NCBI GenBank assembly: GCA_946533175.1
Contig: CAMNBS010000002.1
Location: 1-36,321 of the forward strand
Source: an uncultured Clostridia bacterium
GTDB taxonomy: Bacteria > Bacillota_I > Bacilli_A > RF39 > UBA660
Length of the DNA: 36,321 nucleotides
Direction: 5' to 3'
The stretch's first letter is position 1. Each line of letters opens with the position of its first letter. Below the pieces are notes generated by a model. That model searched no databases, was not told where the DNA came from, and saw only the letters and a program-made list of their open reading frames with translations. Position numbers and translations under genes: made by a program. This document shows, one piece after another, positions 1 through 9,172 of this stretch.

Positions 1-51
1 CGGATTCCTCCTAAGAATTAAATGTGAGTTCGATTCTCGCAGGGGACACCA
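1..51 (+). tRNA. tRNA-Arg(CCU), 3' portion (5' part lies outside the window)
   Basis: Anticodon stem GATTC/GAATT (3-7 / 15-19) with 7-nt loop CTCCTAA, anticodon CCT at 10-12. T-arm GTGAG-TTCGATT-CTCGC (24-40). Acceptor 3' strand AGGGGAC, discriminator A, encoded CCA ending at 51. Confidence 0.75.
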
Positions 52-120
52 TTTATTTTGTTTTGAGCTTTTAACTGGTTAGAAATAATCAGTTTTTTTA
101 TTGTTAAGGGAGGTGTTACA

Positions 121-471
121 ATGTCAGTTTTTAAAATAGAAAAATCAAAAGATTATACAATTATGTCTAATTATCATTTAAGAGATAGAAACTTATCTTA
201 TAAAGCAAAAGGATTATTATCTTTTATGTTATCTTTACCAGATGATTGGGATTATTCATTAGCAGGGTTATGTTCTATTAGTAAAGAAAGTAGAGATGGT
301 ATTAGGGCAATACTTAATGAATTAAAAGAACATCATTATTTAGAAATAGAAAAAGTAAGAGGAGAAAAGGGATATTTTGAATATAACTATTTAATATATG
401 AAAAACCTCATTTTATTGAATTAGAAAATGATAAAAAAAACTGGATTTTTCAATATCTAGAGAAGATTTAA
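121..471 (+). CDS. winged-helix HTH protein, DnaD/replication-initiator-like N-terminal domain (HTH_36-type), probably truncated
   Basis: RBS GGGAGGTG upstream of the ATG. YTIMSNYHLRD..LSYKAKGLLSFMLSLPDDWDYS..SKESRDGIRAILNELKEHHYL resembles the N-terminal wHTH of mobile-element replication/DnaD-like proteins. Only 116 aa, directly downstream of a tRNA gene. Confidence 0.55.
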   Translation: MSVFKIEKSKDYTIMSNYHLRDRNLSYKAKGLLSFMLSLPDDWDYSLAGLCSISKESRDGIRAILNELKEHHYLEIEKVRGEKGYFEYNYLIYEKPHFIELENDKKNWIFQYLEKI

Positions 472-626
472 ATATTAAAACTGTCAAACTAGGGGAATTT
501 ATTCTTTTTTTTATAAAAGAAATAAATAGTATGTCATTAATAATTAAAATATGTTATACTAATGTAGTAATATAATGTGTATGTATATGTGTAATAGAAA
601 TTAATCGTTTTAAGGAAGTAGAAATT

Positions 627-2714
627 ATGGATAAAAATAGGAATTCTTTAAAGAAAAAAAATACAGCTACTAATTATAAGAAAAAGAAATATAATTCTAA
701 TAATAAGATAATTTCTTCTAAAAAGAAAAATTATTATAATAAGGAAAAAGTAAATGTTAATAAAAAAGACGATGAAAGAAAACTTCTTCAAGAGAATCAA
801 GAAAAAAGTAAAAATAGGCAGAAAAGTAAAATTTTAATCTTTTTGATATTTATATTAACTATTGTGGTAGGAGTATTTTTAATTAAATCAGCATATGCTA
901 TTTTTAATTATACTAAAGCTGGTCGAACTAATGAGTTGGTTGTTGGTAATGTGTATTTGCATTATACCAATGATACTATTTCATTACAGGGAGTAGAACC
1001 AAGAAATAGTTATGATCCTGATCATTATATTGATTTTTCAATTGATGGAATAAATGAATATACTAAAAGTGATTTATGGTATGCTATTGATTTATTATAT
1101 GGTGATGTTCCCGATGGAAAAACGGAAAGTAATCGAATAAATGATGAATTTCTTCGTTTTAGATTAACTAAAGAAATTAATAGTAATGGCGATGAAATAG
1201 TTATTATTGATGATGGCATATATGAAGATATTAATAATTTAAGAATGTATACTGAGGCAATACCAGCGGATACAACTGATGAATTAACTCATGATTATAA
1301 ATTATATGTATGGATATCTGATGAAATAAAGGTTGGAAATACTAATGATTGTGATTATACAGCTAGTGAATGGAGTGATTTATTTGTTAGTATTAAAATT
1401 AAAATAGTTGGTGATTTTACTCCTAAAGGGGCAGCAAATAGTTATCGAGTTAAATTTGATGCTGATGGTGGTACAGTTACAGTACCATATAAATATTATA
1501 CTGATGGAGATGTATATGGAGAACTTCCGGTAGCTACTAAAGAAGGTTATGCATTTGAAGGTTGGAGAGCAGATAATGGAGTTAAAGTTCATAGTAATAA
1601 AGAGCTTCAATATAATGCTAATCATACTTTAACGGCTGTTTATTCTATTGTTAAATATAGTCATCCTGGTGAAGTAACGTTTAATGGAACAAGTGATTAT
1701 ATAGATACTGGTGTAGCATTATTTAATGAAGATAATGCTGATCGTAATTTTTATATTTCTTTTGATATAACACAAGTTCAGAATACTAGTAATGGAACAC
1801 CAATTACTTCACGATCATCAAGTAATTATGGTTTTGAGTTTAAACGTAATGGAACAAACAATCAATATCGAATGGATTCTACTGGTAATGTAAAAAGTTA
1901 TTCACGTACTAATATATATTATGGTCCTCAAAATGTTAAAATCATTCGTATCAATGGAATTATGTATTATAGTTTAAATGATGGTGGATTTGTTGAATGT
2001 GGAAATTATACAGGTTTTAGTAAATATTTTAGTAATACAGTTGTCTTTGGAGCATCAATGAATGGTAATACACCAAGGTATTTCTTTAAAGGAAAACTTT
2101 CCAATATGATGATTAAAATTATTGTTGGTGATGATGTTGCCCTTGATGACTTCTTGTATTCGACAAATAAGTTTCAATATGATGGTGATATGGAATTTAA
2201 TGGTTCAACAGCAATTAATACGGGAGTATATTTGTTTAATCAGGCCAATGCTACGAAAAGTTTTTATATATCTTTTGATGTTAAGACTATAGCATGGACT
2301 GTTAATCAGTCTACTATCATGAGTTCTAAAAATGAAAATGGTACACCATGGCCAGGTTTTGAATTCCGTCGTTATGGTAATTCCAATACTTATTATCAAT
2401 CAAAAGCTACAGTTGCTAGTGGAGTTGCTAATGATTTAAAAACTATTCCGATTAATCCACCTCAAAATGTTCGATTCTTAAGGGTTAATAATGGATCAAC
2501 GGTTAAATTATATTATAGTATCAATAATGAAAATTTTATTTTACATAAAGATTTTACCGCTTTTAATTTATATTTTGATATTCCAGTTGTTTTTGGTAAT
2601 GCATTTAATGTTGAAGTTCAAAGATATTTTAAAGGAACATTAGGTAATATGGTAGTTAAAATAATTGATGATAGTGAAGCTCTGGAGATATGTGGTAGTA
2701 CATGTAGTACATAA
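627..2714 (+). CDS. large surface protein: Lys-rich tail, TM/SipW-type signal region, TasA-like N-module, Listeria-Bacteroides (InlB B-type) repeat, two LamG/ConA-like lectin domains
   Basis: TM ILIFLIFILTIVVGVFLI followed by AIFNYTKAGRTNELVVGNVYL. YRVKFDADGGTV...EGYAFEGWR...HTLTAVY matches the Flg_new/Listeria-Bacteroides repeat. Two ~170-aa tandem units each end in FKGKLSNMMIKII / FKGTLGNMVVKII, as in LamG-type jelly rolls. Confidence 0.6.
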   Translation: MDKNRNSLKKKNTATNYKKKKYNSNNKIISSKKKNYYNKEKVNVNKKDDERKLLQENQEKSKNRQKSKILIFLIFILTIVVGVFLIKSAYAIFNYTKAGRTNELVVGNVYLHYTNDTISLQGVEPRNSYDPDHYIDFSIDGINEYTKSDLWYAIDLLYGDVPDGKTESNRINDEFLRFRLTKEINSNGDEIVIIDDGIYEDINNLRMYTEAIPADTTDELTHDYKLYVWISDEIKVGNTNDCDYTASEWSDLFVSIKIKIVGDFTPKGAANSYRVKFDADGGTVTVPYKYYTDGDVYGELPVATKEGYAFEGWRADNGVKVHSNKELQYNANHTLTAVYSIVKYSHPGEVTFNGTSDYIDTGVALFNEDNADRNFYISFDITQVQNTSNGTPITSRSSSNYGFEFKRNGTNNQYRMDSTGNVKSYSRTNIYYGPQNVKIIRINGIMYYSLNDGGFVECGNYTGFSKYFSNTVVFGASMNGNTPRYFFKGKLSNMMIKIIVGDDVALDDFLYSTNKFQYDGDMEFNGSTAINTGVYLFNQANATKSFYISFDVKTIAWTVNQSTIMSSKNENGTPWPGFEFRRYGNSNTYYQSKATVASGVANDLKTIPINPPQNVRFLRVNNGSTVKLYYSINNENFILHKDFTAFNLYFDIPVVFGNAFNVEVQRYFKGTLGNMVVKIIDDSEALEICGSTCST

Positions 2715-2721
2715 AAAATAA

Positions 2722-2756
2722 CAAGAGTATAGAATATCTATTCTCTTGTTTTTTTG
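2722..2756 (+). terminator. intrinsic terminator after the LamG surface-protein gene
   Basis: Hairpin CAAGAGTATAG-AATAT-CTATTCTCTTG (one mismatch) followed by a T-run. Confidence 0.6.
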
Positions 2757-3114
2757 ATAATCTTTTAAAAACTATCTTTTACCTAAAGGAAGATGACTAT
2801 AATCATTTAACACAGTTAGTTGCCAAAAGATAAGTGATTGATTGGGAAAGAAAAGTATTATAGATTTAAAGATTAAATATGGGGATAATAATTCTAAATA
2901 CTTAATAATTTATAGTATATAAAAAAAGCAATGCATGTTTGTTTAACAAATAAATCTGAATGGTTTTGGATGGTAAATGTTAAGCGCTTAATCAATTAGA
3001 TTGAGTGCTTTTTTTGTTGTATTAAAGTGATTATTAATAAATTATATTATTTAAACATAAAATTAAAAGAAAAAAATATGATACAAGGAAAAAACATAGT
3101 TTGGAGAGATGATT

Positions 3115-4206
3115 ATGAAAATAAAAAAAATTAGATTTAATAAACGTATATTAAGCACACTTTTAGCTTTAGGGATAAGTATTACACCTATTAGTGCTTT
3201 ATGTGAAGCTCATCATATGGGTAATAACATATATATGATGAGTGATGGTGATATATATTATAAAAGATATGATGATAAAACTAATTCGTATAATAATATT
3301 TCAATATTTGATGATGAAAATATAAGTAGCAGTCAATATGGTGCGAATCAAGATGTATTTAGAAGTAATGGAAAGTCTTTAATAAATAATTCGCTAATTG
3401 TTCAAGAAATGAATAATTATTTTCCTATTAGTGATTTTGAAAGTGAAAAGGAAGCTTTATTATTTTATGAAGCATATTTTAAGCTTATAGCTAAAAGTGG
3501 TTGTGGATATGCAGCTGCTACAAATTTTATATTTAGAATGTTTGAAGGAAAAGAAGTAGAATTTGAAAGTATATTTGGCTTTCCAATGTACACTTATAAT
3601 AATCTTAGTATGGATATAGATTTTAATTATGAAATATTAATGTTAAAGTTTTTTAATTTTTATAATTTAGATAAATTAAATCGGAAAAATATGATAATTG
3701 ACTCATTAGCTGGTGATATATATTCTATAAAGACAATGATTGAAAATGAAAAAAGAGAACCTGTGAAAAGTAATCATTTTATATCAAGAGAGGAATTATC
3801 AGTTTTATTAAAGACACATGGAATGAAGACTTATGAATACAATACTCGAAATACCAATATAGATATTATTCCGCATAATACACGAATAAACTTAGGTATT
3901 CCAGTGGATGAAACTTTTGGATATTTAAACCAGTTTTTATCTCAATATCATTTATCCCTTGATATAAGACGAGCATACAATACTCATAATTATCAATCAA
4001 ATGATATAGTAGTAGCGGATAATTTGACGTTAGAGGTTGTTGATAATACTGGTTATGTTTTACAGTCTAAAATTAATGTCGATTTACATTATGTTTATGT
4101 AATAGAAGTTTTAAAAAACGGAGATGTTGTTGTATCTTCTTGGGGAAATAAATATGTTTTTAATAAAAATAATACTAACGATGCAATAAAACTTTTAATA
4201 AAATAA
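3115..4206 (+). CDS. secreted hypothetical protein, possible papain-like (C39-like) cysteine peptidase fold
   Basis: RBS GGAGAG at 3103-3108. ATG 3115 has better spacing than ATG 3109. Signal peptide MKIKKIRFNKRILSTLLALGISITPISALCEA. Candidate catalytic Cys in KSGCGYAAATNF and His in DLHYVYVIEV...GDVVVSSWG. The function call is weak. Confidence 0.45.
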   Translation: MKIKKIRFNKRILSTLLALGISITPISALCEAHHMGNNIYMMSDGDIYYKRYDDKTNSYNNISIFDDENISSSQYGANQDVFRSNGKSLINNSLIVQEMNNYFPISDFESEKEALLFYEAYFKLIAKSGCGYAAATNFIFRMFEGKEVEFESIFGFPMYTYNNLSMDIDFNYEILMLKFFNFYNLDKLNRKNMIIDSLAGDIYSIKTMIENEKREPVKSNHFISREELSVLLKTHGMKTYEYNTRNTNIDIIPHNTRINLGIPVDETFGYLNQFLSQYHLSLDIRRAYNTHNYQSNDIVVADNLTLEVVDNTGYVLQSKINVDLHYVYVIEVLKNGDVVVSSWGNKYVFNKNNTNDAIKLLIK

Positions 4207-4362
4207 TAAAAATTGATTATTAATTTTTTTTGTGATACGATATATATGTGTTTGAGATTAAGATATAAAGACTAAGTACTGATATATTTAATTAATTAGC
4301 TTTAATATGAAAAATAAAACATTATTTCTTATTGTATTTTTAGCTTTATAAAAGGAGACAAT

Positions 4363-5157
4363 ATGTTTAGAGGTAATTATTCTTTTTTTGATTATAAATA
4401 TAATATTTCTAATTATCATGGGCAAGATTATGGTGGTTTTTCTCAATATTTATATTTAATTATCTCTATTTGTTTATTAGTAATATTATTATTATATTTG
4501 AGAAAAAGTTCAAAAGATAAAGTGTTAAAAATAATTAGAATTATTAGTGTTTTTTTAGTGTTCTTTTATTTTGGCAAAACGATTTGGGAAAGTATTTATG
4601 ATATAAAATATTCTGGTTCATTTAATTGGGGATTATTGCCATTTGATTCATGTTCTATCATCATGCTTGCTGGTATTATTTCGGGTTTCTTTAAAGGAAA
4701 AATTAAGGAATATAGTGATGCATGGCTTGTTACTGGTGGTATAGTAGGAGGAATCGGGGCAATGTTATATCTCAATGCTTTCAAGTTTTATCCTTTTCTA
4801 TCTTTTGGAGCTTTTTATTCTATGTTATGGCATTTTTTGATGGTTTTTTTGGGATTATTATTGATTGTTACTAATTATGTTTCATTAAATTTTAAAACAA
4901 TTATTAAAGGATTTCTATTTCATTTATTAATTTCTGTAATTGTTATTCCTATTGATTTTATTTTTAATTTGGATTTTATGATGTATAAAAACTTAGGTGG
5001 TATTCCTTTTTTCGAAGGGGTAGCTGAAATATTTACTCAAAAAGGATTGATTATTTTAAATCCGTTATTGATGTTAATTCTTTATTTTTTGGCCTTTAAT
5101 ATAATTTTAATTGTTTATTGGGGAATAAAGTGGATAGGAAAGAGGATAAATGGATAA
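4363..5157 (+). CDS. polytopic integral membrane protein (YwaF/TIGR02206-like)
   Basis: RBS AAAGGAG. About 7 hydrophobic spans. The LPFDSCSI motif resembles the conserved LP..lC motif of the YwaF/TMEM164-type family. Confidence 0.5.
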   Translation: MFRGNYSFFDYKYNISNYHGQDYGGFSQYLYLIISICLLVILLLYLRKSSKDKVLKIIRIISVFLVFFYFGKTIWESIYDIKYSGSFNWGLLPFDSCSIIMLAGIISGFFKGKIKEYSDAWLVTGGIVGGIGAMLYLNAFKFYPFLSFGAFYSMLWHFLMVFLGLLLIVTNYVSLNFKTIIKGFLFHLLISVIVIPIDFIFNLDFMMYKNLGGIPFFEGVAEIFTQKGLIILNPLLMLILYFLAFNIILIVYWGIKWIGKRING

Positions 5158-5887
5158 TTTAGATTTAATATTAGAAAAATATCATTTTTCTCAAGAAGAA
5201 AAAGATGAATTGTTAGCCATTATTAAACCATTTTATTGTCATGATGAATTTCAGAAAAGAATGACTAATATTTTTCCACATCATGGTAATAAAACTTTAG
5301 GGATGCATATTTTAGATGATGCTGCAGTGACATATATTTTATGTAAGAAGAAAAAAGAAAAGAAAAAATATTATAATTTACATATTGATTTAGCAGTTAA
5401 AATTGCTATGATGCATGACTTATATACTGTCCCATGGCAAAATAATACTAGTATTAAAGTAAAAAGTTTTTTTCATAAACATGGATTTAGACATCCAGTT
5501 GAGGCAGTTATTAATGCTAATTATTGGTTTCCGGAAATTTTCAAAGATGATAATTCTGCCAAAATAATGATTGATGGAATAATTCATCATATGTGGCCAT
5601 TACCTGTTTCATCTTTAAAGCATGAAGGAATTAATGAAATGGAATTGGTTAATTATGATTTTGTTGAGTATTTATCAGTTCAAAATCGTGAATATTTAAT
5701 AGCAAGTTTAATGCGTCATAAAATAGGTAAAATATCTTTTTGTCGGAGTAAGTATCATGAAGGAAGAATTATGAGTAAAGCTGATAAAATTGTTGCAAGG
5801 AAAGAATTAACAACTACTTCTAGTATTATAGCTCTTATAACAGGGAAAAATAAAAAGTTATTAAAGGGAAAAGAAGATGTTCGATAG
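5150..5887 (+). CDS. HD-domain phosphohydrolase-like protein
   Basis: Overlaps the upstream stop by 8 nt (operon). His/Asp motifs HHGNKTLGMHILDD, MMHDLY and IIHHMWP are typical of the HD superfamily. Confidence 0.55.
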   Translation: MDNLDLILEKYHFSQEEKDELLAIIKPFYCHDEFQKRMTNIFPHHGNKTLGMHILDDAAVTYILCKKKKEKKKYYNLHIDLAVKIAMMHDLYTVPWQNNTSIKVKSFFHKHGFRHPVEAVINANYWFPEIFKDDNSAKIMIDGIIHHMWPLPVSSLKHEGINEMELVNYDFVEYLSVQNREYLIASLMRHKIGKISFCRSKYHEGRIMSKADKIVARKELTTTSSIIALITGKNKKLLKGKEDVR

Positions 5888-5896
5888 AAAAAATAC

Positions 5897-5999
5897 TTGC
5901 AAATTCTATAAAATATGTTATAATCTTATGCGTGTGGTCCGCTGTTAGTAAAAGAAAAATGGGAAATATGACCATATTTATAGAAAAGGAGAGTATATT
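5897..5999 (+). promoter_or_regulatory. rplS promoter plus possible L19-type leader
   Basis: -35 TTGCAA (5897-5902), 16-nt spacer, extended -10 TGTTATAAT (5916-5924). The ~75-nt leader can pair TGTGGTC with GACCATA. An L19 autoregulatory leader is known in Firmicutes, but I cannot verify the fold here. Confidence 0.3.
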
Positions 6000-6338
6000 A
6001 TGAACGTAATTGATAAGATTACTAAAGAACAACTTAATCCTAATGTTCCTGAATTTCGTGTAGGAGATACTGTTAGGGTAGATGTTAAGATTATCGAAGG
6101 TAAAAGAGAAAGAATTCAAGCTTTTGAGGGAATTGTTATGTCTCGTAAAGGTAGTGGAATTAGTGAAACATTCACAGTTAGAAAAATGTCTTATGGTGTA
6201 GGTGTTGAAAGAATATTTCCAATTCATTCACCTAAGATTGCTAAAATTACTGTAATTCGAAGTGGTAATGTAAGACGTGCTAAACTTACATTCTTGCGTA
6301 AGTTAGTTGGTCAATACAAAGTAGAAGAAAGGTCATAA
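6000..6338 (+). CDS. rplS: 50S ribosomal protein L19
   Basis: Full-length match to the L19 pattern: [26 protein letters not shown]....G.G..ETFTVRK.S.GVGVER.FP.HSP. Confidence 0.95.
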   Translation: MNVIDKITKEQLNPNVPEFRVGDTVRVDVKIIEGKRERIQAFEGIVMSRKGSGISETFTVRKMSYGVGVERIFPIHSPKIAKITVIRSGNVRRAKLTFLRKLVGQYKVEERS

Positions 6339-6365
6339 AGATAAGTTATATTCTTATCTTTTTTG
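6338..6365 (+). terminator. hairpin/attenuator between rplS and lepB
   Basis: AAGATAAG-N7-CTTATCTT followed by TTTTT. Confidence 0.45.
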
Positions 6366-6371
6366 TATAAT

Positions 6372-6875
6372 ATGGAAAGAGTAAAAAGTGTTTTATCATA
6401 TGTTTTAGTTATTATAATTGCATTATTAATCAAAATGTATGTCTTTTCTCCAATTAGAGTAAATGGTAGTAGTATGGAACCAACATTATATGATGGTGAT
6501 TTTATGATTTTAAATGAAATAGGTTATCATTTAAATGGTGTTGAGCGTTTTGATATTGTGGTTATTAATAAAAATGGGGAAAAAATAATTAAAAGAATTA
6601 TTGGATTGCCTGGAGAAACAGTTAAGTATAAAGATAATAAATTATTTATAAATGATGAAGAAATTACGGAAGATTTTCAACATGAAGTAACCCATAATTT
6701 TGATTTATCCGAAATAGATGTTGATATTATACCTGATGGATACTATTTTGTTTTAGGTGATAATCGAGGTAATTCAAAAGACTCTAGAATGATTGGTTTA
6801 ATTAATAAAAGTGAAATTCGTGGTAAAACATCAAGAATCTTTTTTCCTTTTACAAGATTTGGTAAAGTGAAGTAA
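6372..6875 (+). CDS. lepB: signal peptidase I
   Basis: Boxes GSSMEPTL, IKRIIGLPGE and GDNRGNSKDSR. ATG 6372 preferred over the TTG at 6363 given in the ORF track. No obvious SD. Confidence 0.9.
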   Translation: MERVKSVLSYVLVIIIALLIKMYVFSPIRVNGSSMEPTLYDGDFMILNEIGYHLNGVERFDIVVINKNGEKIIKRIIGLPGETVKYKDNKLFINDEEITEDFQHEVTHNFDLSEIDVDIIPDGYYFVLGDNRGNSKDSRMIGLINKSEIRGKTSRIFFPFTRFGKVK

Positions 6876-6905
6876 AAAGTTATCGTTTGATAACTTTTTT
6901 CTTTT
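6875..6905 (+). terminator. intrinsic terminator after lepB
   Basis: AAAAGTTATC-GTTT-GATAACTTTT followed by a T-run. Confidence 0.6.
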
Positions 6906-6966
6906 GTCAAAAGGGTTGTTTCTCTATTTAAAATTTAATATAATAGATTTAAAGATAGGTGGTACG

Positions 6967-7803
6967 ATGTATAAAATTATATATAATAAAAAGATAAGTG
7001 AAACATCCATGGAAATAGCATTAGAAGCAAGAAATATTATTGATAATGCATATCCAGGACAATTTGTTATGATTATGACAAAAGAGGATAGTGAACGTAT
7101 TCCTTTAACTATTTATGATTATGATAAGAAAAAAGGAATATTATATTTAATATATCAAATACTAGGGGCTTCAACATTAGAATTATCAATGGAGAAAGAT
7201 AGTCTATTTAGTGTATCTGGACCATTTGGTAAAATTAATGAAATATGTAAAAATATTGATGAATATAAAAATAAAAAAATTGTTTATGTTGCTGGTGGTG
7301 TTGGTATTGCCCCTATTTATCCACAAATTAAGTATTTACATGATTTTGGTCTTTCTTGTGATGTTATTTATGGAGCAAGAAATGCTGATTTACTTTTAAT
7401 AAAGGATAAAATAGAAAACGTTGCCCATAATGTATATTATTGTACTGATGATGGAAGTTTTGGTGAGCAAGGTTTTGTTACGAATATTTTAGAAAAAAAA
7501 CATGACTATGATGTGGTAGTTGCAATTGGACCAGTAGTTATGATGAAAAATGTCTGCGATGTAACTAAAAAATATCAAATTCCAACAATTGTTAGCATGA
7601 ATCCTATAATGGTTGATGGTAGTGGAATGTGTGGTGCATGTCGTTGTATTGTCGACGGAAAAGTTAAATTTGCTTGTATAGATGGACCAGAATTTGATGG
7701 ACATAAAATTGATTTTGATCTTGCTTTAAAAAGAATGAATATTTATAAAAAGGAAGAACAAAAAAAATTAATAGCTATGCAAGAATCATTAGAGGTGAAA
7801 TAA
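6967..7803 (+). CDS. sulfide/dihydroorotate dehydrogenase-like FAD/NAD-binding subunit (NfnA-type partner of GltA)
   Basis: ATG 6967 with RBS AGGTGG; the ORF-track start at 6904 is an upstream extension. FNR-like fold motifs PGQF, RIPLTI and GGVGIAP. C-terminal CGACRC 2Fe-2S motif. Stop overlaps the start of the next gene. Confidence 0.8.
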   Translation: MYKIIYNKKISETSMEIALEARNIIDNAYPGQFVMIMTKEDSERIPLTIYDYDKKKGILYLIYQILGASTLELSMEKDSLFSVSGPFGKINEICKNIDEYKNKKIVYVAGGVGIAPIYPQIKYLHDFGLSCDVIYGARNADLLLIKDKIENVAHNVYYCTDDGSFGEQGFVTNILEKKHDYDVVVAIGPVVMMKNVCDVTKKYQIPTIVSMNPIMVDGSGMCGACRCIVDGKVKFACIDGPEFDGHKIDFDLALKRMNIYKKEEQKKLIAMQESLEVK

Positions 7804-9158
7804 TGGAAGACAAGAAAACTGTTATGCGTATGCAGGATAAGGATAAAAGAATAAAAAACTTTCAAGAAGTAGAATTAGGCTATAATGAAGAAGAAGCTCT
7901 TCGTGAAGCTAGTAGATGCCTACAATGTACTAATCCTCGTTGTGTTAAAGGATGTCCTGTTAATATTATGATACCATTATTCATTAAACATATTAAAGAA
8001 AAAGAATGGGAGAAGGCTTATCAGGTTATTCAAGAATCAAGTTTTTTACCAGCTATATGTGGACGTGTTTGTCCACAAGAAATGCAATGTGAAAAGATGT
8101 GTGTTAAAGGTTTTAAAGGAGATGCTATTAGTATTGGAGCTTTAGAGCGTTTCGTTGCTGATATGCATAATAGTATTGAGCCAAAGAAAGAGATTATAAA
8201 GAATAACGGAAAAAAAGTTGCTATTGTGGGAAGTGGACCGGCTGGATTATCATGTGCTGGTATTTTAGCATCAAATGGCTTTGAAGTTACTATATATGAG
8301 GTATTACACCGTCCAGGTGGAGTATTAACATATGGTATTCCCGAATTTCGACTTCCTAAAAAAATAGTTGAAAAAGAAATAGAAAATTTGAAAAGAAAAA
8401 AAGTAGAGATTAAATGTGATATGCCTGTTGGTAATGCCATTACTCTTTCAGATTTACAAAAAGAATATGATTATATCTTTTTAGGAACAGGGGCTGGTGT
8501 TCCTAAGTTTATGGGAATACCTAATGAAAGTGCTAATGAAGTCTTTTCTGCTAATGAAATATTAACACGAATTAACTTGATGGGAGCATATCAAGAAAAT
8601 AGTAAGACTCCGATTAAAGAGGCAAAAACAGTATATGTAATTGGTGGAGGGAATGTGGCGATGGATGCCGCTAGATCTCTTAAAAGACTGGGAATGAATG
8701 TTCATTTAATGTATCGAAGGGGAAAAGATGAATTACCTGCACGAAAAGTTGAAGTAATTCATGCATTAGAAGAAGGGATTATTTTTGATTTATTACAAAA
8801 TCCTTTAGAAATATTAACAGATGAAAATAATTCCGTTACCGGTATGAAAGTGATTAATATGGAATATCAAGAAGAAATTGTCGGTCAAAGAAGATCAGTC
8901 CAAGAAGTTAAAGGTACTGAACATAATGTCTCTTGCGATATGGTTGTTATGGCATTAGGAACTAATCCTAATCATGAAGCTTTGAAAATGAGTGATATAA
9001 AATTAGATGATCGCGGATTAATTATGGTTGATGATGGTTTAACAAGTATTCCCAACGTTTATGCTGGAGGAGATGCAGTAACTGGGGCTGCTACGGTTAT
9101 TTTAGCTATGGAAGCAGGTAAAAAAGCAGCTTATGAAATTATTAAAAGATGTAAATAA
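7803..9158 (+). CDS. gltA: NADPH-dependent glutamate synthase small-chain-type oxidoreductase (homotetrameric GltA / NfnB-like)
   Basis: N-terminal Cys clusters CLQC..PRCVKGCP and CGRVCPQE..CE. Two Rossmann motifs, VAIVGSGPAGLSCA and VIGGGNVAMDAA. C-terminal AGGD. Confidence 0.85.
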   Translation: MEDKKTVMRMQDKDKRIKNFQEVELGYNEEEALREASRCLQCTNPRCVKGCPVNIMIPLFIKHIKEKEWEKAYQVIQESSFLPAICGRVCPQEMQCEKMCVKGFKGDAISIGALERFVADMHNSIEPKKEIIKNNGKKVAIVGSGPAGLSCAGILASNGFEVTIYEVLHRPGGVLTYGIPEFRLPKKIVEKEIENLKRKKVEIKCDMPVGNAITLSDLQKEYDYIFLGTGAGVPKFMGIPNESANEVFSANEILTRINLMGAYQENSKTPIKEAKTVYVIGGGNVAMDAARSLKRLGMNVHLMYRRGKDELPARKVEVIHALEEGIIFDLLQNPLEILTDENNSVTGMKVINMEYQEEIVGQRRSVQEVKGTEHNVSCDMVVMALGTNPNHEALKMSDIKLDDRGLIMVDDGLTSIPNVYAGGDAVTGAATVILAMEAGKKAAYEIIKRCK

Positions 9159-9172
9159 AAAATATGGATTAA

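Noticed and set aside
5835-6227. 130-aa minus-strand ORF spanning the HD gene 3' end, the rplS promoter and the rplS 5' half. Also the alternative plus-frame ORFs 7211-7399 and 16268-16456.
   Set aside because: They overlap rplS, the NfnA-like gene and valS, which have unambiguous conserved motifs in other frames. None has a supporting signal.
6372-6875. lepB as the dedicated SipW-type peptidase for the two TasA-like surface proteins.
   Set aside because: It has the ordinary P-type boxes (SM.PT, GDNR..S.DSR) and sits in the conserved rplS-lepB context. Nothing links it specifically to those substrates.
8030-8440. Minus-strand ORFs nested inside well-supported plus-strand genes: 1025-1219, 1380-1625, 2205-2399, 4596-4784, 7489-7704, 8030-8440, 11638-11835, 14035-14292, 18769-18963, 22098-22343, 22636-23052, 23407-23694, 30800-31045, 32176-32370, 36065-36289.
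   Set aside because: They are antisense shadows of genes with clear family motifs. They have low-complexity Ile/Phe/Leu/Ser-rich translations, no RBS and no recognisable domains.
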